Source of the DNA: Monocercomonoides exilis PA203
Taxonomy: Eukaryota; Protista; Preaxostyla
Reading direction: 5' to 3'
Assembly (NCBI GenBank): GCA_001643675.2
Contig: LSRY02000003.1
Span: forward strand, 124,001 to 188,000
Length of the DNA: 64,000 bases
This document shows positions 59,501 through 64,000 of this stretch, in pieces. The first letter of the stretch is position 1. Each line of letters begins with the position of its first letter. A program made the position numbers and the translations under genes. The notes below the pieces were generated by a model. The model saw only the letters and a list, made by a program, of their open reading frames with translations. It was not told the origin of the DNA and searched no databases.

Positions 59501-61973
59501 CAATCCTGCAAGTAATAATAAGAACTTATCATTTTTGGCTTCTTATCCTCCTCCTCGTTCTTCTTCTTCTTCTTCTTCTTCTTCTTCTTCATTTATTTCA
59601 AGTCCTCCAAAGACAATCACAGATATTCTGAGAGAGAAAGAGATGGAGGAAAAGAACAAAAGAGAAGAAGAAGAACTCAACAGACGACTTCAGAAGACGA
59701 TAAAAGGAGCAACTTCAGAAGGAGAACAAGAAATAAGCGAAGACTCTTCTATCGATTTTGAGATGGGAAACGAAGATTCGATTCAGTCATTGAGTGAAAG
59801 ATCAGATAAACAAGAAGAACATTCAAAGAGGAAGGATAAAATGGATCAATCGAATCAATCAAATCCTTCTTCTTTGAATGTTTTTGGAGATTCTCAGCAG
59901 AAGAAGACAGAACAGAATGAAAGGAAGGAAGCAGCTTCGACGAGATATCAAACTCTTCTTCAGGAAGAGGAGAGGAAGAGGAGAAGTGAAGGAAGATCAA
60001 AGGAAAGATCAGCTGAACGGCAGGCGAAGAAGCCATTTTCTGAGCCGCTGAATATGAGACTTCAGAGAGAAAACGCAGAAAAAGGGAAAATTTACCCAAA
60101 AACTGCTCTTATCACACGAAGCAGAGGGCCATTTTGGAGAGGAAGGAACAAAGAGAAAGAGGCGATGTCTCCGAATGAGAGGAAAACGGTAGGAAAAGAA
60201 TTTGGTTCAATTGGTATGAGAGCAGAAAAAGACAATAGAACAGCAGGAAGAATGCATAGCAGCGGAAATAAAGTGAATTCTTCTGCAATGAAAGACAGCT
60301 CATTAAACAGCAGAGAACAAAGAAGAAACGCTCAAAATGACAGAAATGATTCGCAAAGCTTGCGAATCCCTTCGATTGCGTCGTCCATTGCAGAAAAGCC
60401 TATTTTCTCGCCAATTGTGCTCCCGTGGGAACAGAAAGGCAGCTCAAGCGACAAAAGTGAAAGATTTGTGAAGTCAGAAGATGATAACTTAGATGCAAAA
60501 AGTGAAGATCAAACAAATCAGCATAATTCCTCTTCTGCTTCTGCTTCTTCATTTTCTACTTCAAAACAAGCTGGAACAGCAGGAGGTGTTTCAATCTTAT
60601 CGCATTCATTTGACAATTCAGACAATTCAGAGCAGAAAGAGCATCCACTTCAACTCAATTCGCTTTGCTCTTCGTCTGATCCAAGCAGATTTGCAAGTTC
60701 TTCTTCCTCTCCTCATCCTTCTTCTTCTTCTTCTGCTTCTGCTTCAAAACCAAAAGAAAACGAATTAAACACCTTATCTTCTCTCTCTACTCATTCATTA
60801 TCTTCCTCCAGTCCGCTTCAAAAGAAGCCAAGTGTCTCATTCTCTTCTGCAGCCAGTGCTCTTTCATCGCCTCTTGTAGCGCAGCTCATTCAACAAGGAA
60901 TGTCTCCACATCGCATCCACACACATCAGCACAGACATCGCGTGCATCATCATCACAAGACGAAGGATAAAGAGAAAAAGGAAGAGCTGGCAAGCTCTGC
61001 TAATTCTCATTCAAAAGAAAAAGAGAAGAATGAAAAGGGCAAACAAAGTCATCATCACCATAGTAATAGTCGTCATCATCATCGTAACCACAATCACAAT
61101 CGCAATTCCTCCAGCAAACATTCCAGAAAACCCAAAGAACATCATTCTCGCTCTGCTTCAAAGCACTCCTCCAAGCACCATCACTCACATTCTCGTTCTC
61201 GTTCTCATTCAACTTCACATCGTCCTCATCGCATTCACAGGAGTTCTCTTTCACATCGCAGCACATCTGCTCGTTCTGCCTCTTCCTCTGCCTGCCGCAC
61301 GTCGATGTCCATATCCCCCACTCCTTCGCCTTCTGTCTCCCATTCTGTCTCCTCCCACTTCCCTGTCCATGTGCCAAGAGCTGCTTCTTCCTCTCATCAT
61401 TCTTCTCTTCGTTCATCTCATCATTCATCATCTCCTTCATCTCTGATGGCTGACTCGCCATCGCCTGGCAGATCGACCCCTCCGCCACGACACAGCTATC
61501 GCAGACACCACGCTAAGCACAAACACACTTCAGCTGCTTCTGATGAGAAGTCAAAGAACAATGCATTCAACCAGAACAAGAGGAGCAAACAGAATACAAC
61601 TTCCAATGAATCGAGGAATAAAACAGCTCATAATTCATATGAAGCATCATCCCCCTCACGCTCGCCTCTTTCTTCATACACCCCACGCACACGAGGCAGA
61701 GCTATGAACATCAGAGAACACAAAAACAGCACAGATGAACAGAAATTAGAGGCAACACAGCAATCTTTTAAGACACAAACAGCAGATTCTAACCTGTCAT
61801 CCACAAGACAGGTGCATTTTAAACTGCCCGATGATGATACAAAGTCACAGAAAAATGGAATGGAAGGGAAATATAGAAGGAATAGAAGCGTTCAATCAAG
61901 ATCTTCTTCACGGTCTGCCTCTGAATCTTCTTCATTTCGAGACGAAGATCCGTTTTCTCCTTCGGTGAAATGA
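56547..61973 (+). CDS. Large low-complexity Ser/His-rich protein with N-terminal and central coiled coils
   Basis: ~1800-codon ORF. Probable 93-nt in-frame intron at 56628-56720 (gtttgt...aag). No family recognised. Confidence 0.75.
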   Translation: MDEKKPRISRIPMLNRKQKQRESSKDNVCDSLKLFLFEYICYKMKLSHFILNFFSNQKEAKDAKNYDLPLKNVSLKENIVTGDSMDIFSLKQLCFQLSSKKAFDERMKAIINQLKQHYADQFEQLSSFWSKLLSTDAATILAPLDSALDVLRTNIDSIQDLEHKCIEISDRSIDSHELTLSQLESRCFRALSFPYPLICLRLMEMLQRPNDLTSSSNFLNESTLSQRTSLSTTQLHFLLGQHSFPQPGLPRQSALTLINSITTLLSENQKCDAFSFEKLPFGSKDDFLSWIESLRRTLTPNTMFSLPAERNLISSVSFPMSPLLVPPTSSSSASTAFCNASSFSPEAFVTPQKKFSSESSFSSIDSSSSGKEEKLPKSFSLVFGEWEENIDRALSALMGKVVDLHEQLKKSPETSKRKLRNRKKGHQDEKSEELTESNDSCASSSCECSDDSDESFTSSSLRIPKSKSFSSTSSSSSSSSSSSTANSSSFHFKSSAQQISSDQFAALLNRVVEGVDLLGKRVESASKKLSSQKDKQKRRISHLQRQIEQERRKRSEVNKQKLAGYEASVQNEREDWVKERKQLLLAINQLSQQLNDSSKGKHIQEMKESTEETAGVGRQFEQKGTFEQNSTSNSASPQNVKVNDRICNVPKPEKQNKTKQITNKDSPLHSSLSSTAPTLSSSTSSSSSLSSHLSQTQPSIKPSHFTHFHSSASPSTSRSISNRRSTSSTRHLSQSPLPRHSSHSHRFSSCSSNLSHHSSEPGCSSAFASASPSASKSASPTSRYSSVSSAASQSDYSKSKNSSRNLLHQHRKHRHHHHLHHHSSHNHPHSKSSHRSSSHHSSHLKDTHRDSSLRKHDSHDTSLSSAQFASFAPSESLTPPNHVKRVPSLLSSAAVQSDAQSTDNTKLSRNSNVSSTDECKRSRESRRSKGSSKYSVVNSLSQTSTPVESNELSSAGQLNSSFVNASPMVNTMCMPSSSISPFAAYNPASNNKNLSFLASYPPPRSSSSSSSSSSSFISSPPKTITDILREKEMEEKNKREEEELNRRLQKTIKGATSEGEQEISEDSSIDFEMGNEDSIQSLSERSDKQEEHSKRKDKMDQSNQSNPSSLNVFGDSQQKKTEQNERKEAASTRYQTLLQEEERKRRSEGRSKERSAERQAKKPFSEPLNMRLQRENAEKGKIYPKTALITRSRGPFWRGRNKEKEAMSPNERKTVGKEFGSIGMRAEKDNRTAGRMHSSGNKVNSSAMKDSSLNSREQRRNAQNDRNDSQSLRIPSIASSIAEKPIFSPIVLPWEQKGSSSDKSERFVKSEDDNLDAKSEDQTNQHNSSSASASSFSTSKQAGTAGGVSILSHSFDNSDNSEQKEHPLQLNSLCSSSDPSRFASSSSSPHPSSSSSASASKPKENELNTLSSLSTHSLSSSSPLQKKPSVSFSSAASALSSPLVAQLIQQGMSPHRIHTHQHRHRVHHHHKTKDKEKKEELASSANSHSKEKEKNEKGKQSHHHHSNSRHHHRNHNHNRNSSSKHSRKPKEHHSRSASKHSSKHHHSHSRSRSHSTSHRPHRIHRSSLSHRSTSARSASSSACRTSMSISPTPSPSVSHSVSSHFPVHVPRAASSSHHSSLRSSHHSSSPSSLMADSPSPGRSTPPPRHSYRRHHAKHKHTSAASDEKSKNNAFNQNKRSKQNTTSNESRNKTAHNSYEASSPSRSPLSSYTPRTRGRAMNIREHKNSTDEQKLEATQQSFKTQTADSNLSSTRQVHFKLPDDDTKSQKNGMEGKYRRNRSVQSRSSSRSASESSSFRDEDPFSPSVK

Positions 61974-62429
61974 AGGTTTTTCTTTTATTTTTTATGAATT
62001 TTAGTTTGAAAGGTTTTTGTGAATTGAGAATTTGTGAATGAAATAGTTTTATTAGCTTTTTTGAGACTTTAGTTTGAATTCTTATGAAAAAATATATCTG
62101 AAAGCATCTTTTTGTGTCTTTCTTCTTCACAAAATGTTTTTTCTTTTCTTTTTCTTTTACAAAAAACACTGAAATGAATCCAAAACAAAAAGACAAAACC
62201 AAAATGTCTACGTGTAATTATGAAATGATGCATATTATCAAAATAAATAAATCAAAATGAATACAAGCAATGACAAATACTGTTTGCAACAGATTTCTCT
62301 GTCACTCAATTTTAAAGAAGGGAAACAAATGCTTTTGTTTCATTTGAAGTTTATAATTCTGTTCATAACACAATGAAATATAAGCAAATATTTCACATAT
62401 CAAAAAAAAAGATAAAGTCAAAAGACAAT

Positions 62430-62829
62430 TTAAAAAAAGAAAGAAAGAAAAAGTGAAATTTGAAAGAAATATGAATCAAATAGAAGAGCAATGAACAAAC
62501 CTTCGTAAGACTTCCAAATTGTTGGCGGCAATCCGTCAACATCCTTCGGAGTGATCAAATCAGACAGAAGATTCAAAGGAGAAAGGGATGAAGTGCGAGA
62601 AGAACGAGAAGGAGATGGCGAAGGTGAAGGTGAAGGTGTTGTTAATGAAGAAGATGAAGATGAAGAAGAGAGAAGAGAAGAAGAGGAAGAGGAAGAAGTG
62701 AAAGGGCGATGTGTTGAAGAGGAAGTGGCAGACGAGCGAGGAGGTGTGGCTCGTCGTGTGGAAGAAGAAGAAGTGGAAGAGGAACGAGAATGGCGCGAGG
62801 TGGATGTGGGACGGATGGCTGCTGAGGTT

Positions 62830-62864
<35 letters not shown>

Positions 62865-64000
62865 TGGTGAGGAGGAGGAGGAGGAGGAGGAATGAGATGA
62901 ATCAGAAGAAGAAGATGATGATGATGAATTGATGGCAGATTTCAGCCAGGGAAATGCCGCAAGTGGATCACTTGAAGAAGAAGAAGAAGAAGAAGGCAAA
63001 GAAGGCAGAGAAGAAGTAGAGGAAGAAGAAGAAGGAGAAGTCAACGCAGCAAGTGCATTCGGTGTGCCAGTTGTAGACACGCCACCAGCTGTGAGCTTTG
63101 CGAGTTCTTCAGCCGAGAAATCGATGGGCTTCTTTGTGACCGCGTCGAATGTGCTGGCTGAGATCGTCGTGCCCTTCGGCAGCGCTTTGATGGCGTTGTC
63201 GCCGTTCTCTGCAGACGAAGAGAGCACGCCGTGTGCAATCGTGTCTGCCTCCAGCTGCAGGAAGCGTCGATGCGCCAGCTCCAACTTCCGCTCGAGATAT
63301 TCTTTCTGCTCTCGAAATGACTCCTCCATCTCATTCACAATCTCTCTGTGCGCCACTTTCAGCCGCTCGTTCTCCAGCAGCGCTTTCGACAGCTGCGCCT
63401 CGAACCCTCTCTTCATCTGCTGCATCTCCTCTCTCAGCGCATTCTCAAACGTGTCTGCCGCCACACCAGGGCTCACCATCGCATGCTGCAGATTCTCCAC
63501 CATCATCAGCTTCGTCGACTCCAGCTTCAGCTTCAGCTCTGTGATTTCGCGTGCTTTAGAGTCCATCTCCCTTCTGTGTGCTGCCTTCAGAAGAGCAATC
63601 TCCCCTTTGATCCTCTCCACTTCGGTGCTTCTTTCGGGTTTCGGCTCGACCATCACAGACTTCACATCAATCACAAGCATCTTGTTCGACACCACTTTCA
63701 GCTTCTCCAACACATCCAGATATTCTTTCTCTTTCTTCTCAAACGACTCTGACAGCGCCTTGTTCTTCTGCTTCTCGTCCTCCAGCGCCTTCTCCACTTC
63801 TGTCAGCCGCTCCTCAAACAGACGCAGCGCTGATGAACCTGCTGCCAAAGAGGAAGAGGAGGAGGAGGAAGAAGAAGAAGAAGAAGAGTTTGGACTGCTC
63901 CCACGGCGTGTTGTTGACGCAGAAGATGGAAGGGCAGGCGAAGAAGGTGTGCCAGCTGTTGTGCTTGTTGATGTCGTAACTGTTGTTGTTCGCACTGAAA
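62430..64000 (-). CDS. Coiled-coil, Ser-rich hypothetical protein (5' end outside the window)
   Basis: Frame open to the window edge, with heptad-rich segments. A probable donor near 62500 (gaag|gtttgt) implies a short final exon near 62350. Confidence 0.7.

Overview
This is eukaryotic, AT-rich genomic DNA with short GT-AG introns and the standard genetic code. Poly-Ser inserts and the gene families present suggest an oxymonad such as Monocercomonoides (inference, not tested). The dominant feature is a ~9 kb duplicated unit (about 711-9895 and 38580-47765). Each copy encodes a ~2,660-aa single-pass receptor-like protein: signal peptide, GGA(I/L)/FxxN beta-helix-type ectodomain, one TM helix and a degenerate tyrosine-kinase-like C-lobe. 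The two copies are mosaic: near-identical, strongly G-skewed blocks bracket a ~0.7 kb divergent ectodomain cassette. Other genes are a spliced orphan gene with one in-frame TGA, tRNA-Ile(AAT), CEP104, an IQCH-like gene, a multipass membrane protein, SNAPC4/SNAP190, a helical-repeat family protein, a class I-like PI3K, a non-canonical eIF4E, a large Ser/His-rich protein and a partial coiled-coil protein. The 10-17 kb region hides a full-length but decayed PIF/Harbinger-ISL2EU-type DDE transposase that the ORF track shows only as fragments. Non-coding structures include an apparently perfect 415-bp inverted repeat with internal 22-bp repeats, a 46-bp perfect palindrome, a ~290-bp dispersed repeat and a short poly(A) insertion with a candidate TSD. 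All family calls come from motif recognition by eye; no searches were run.
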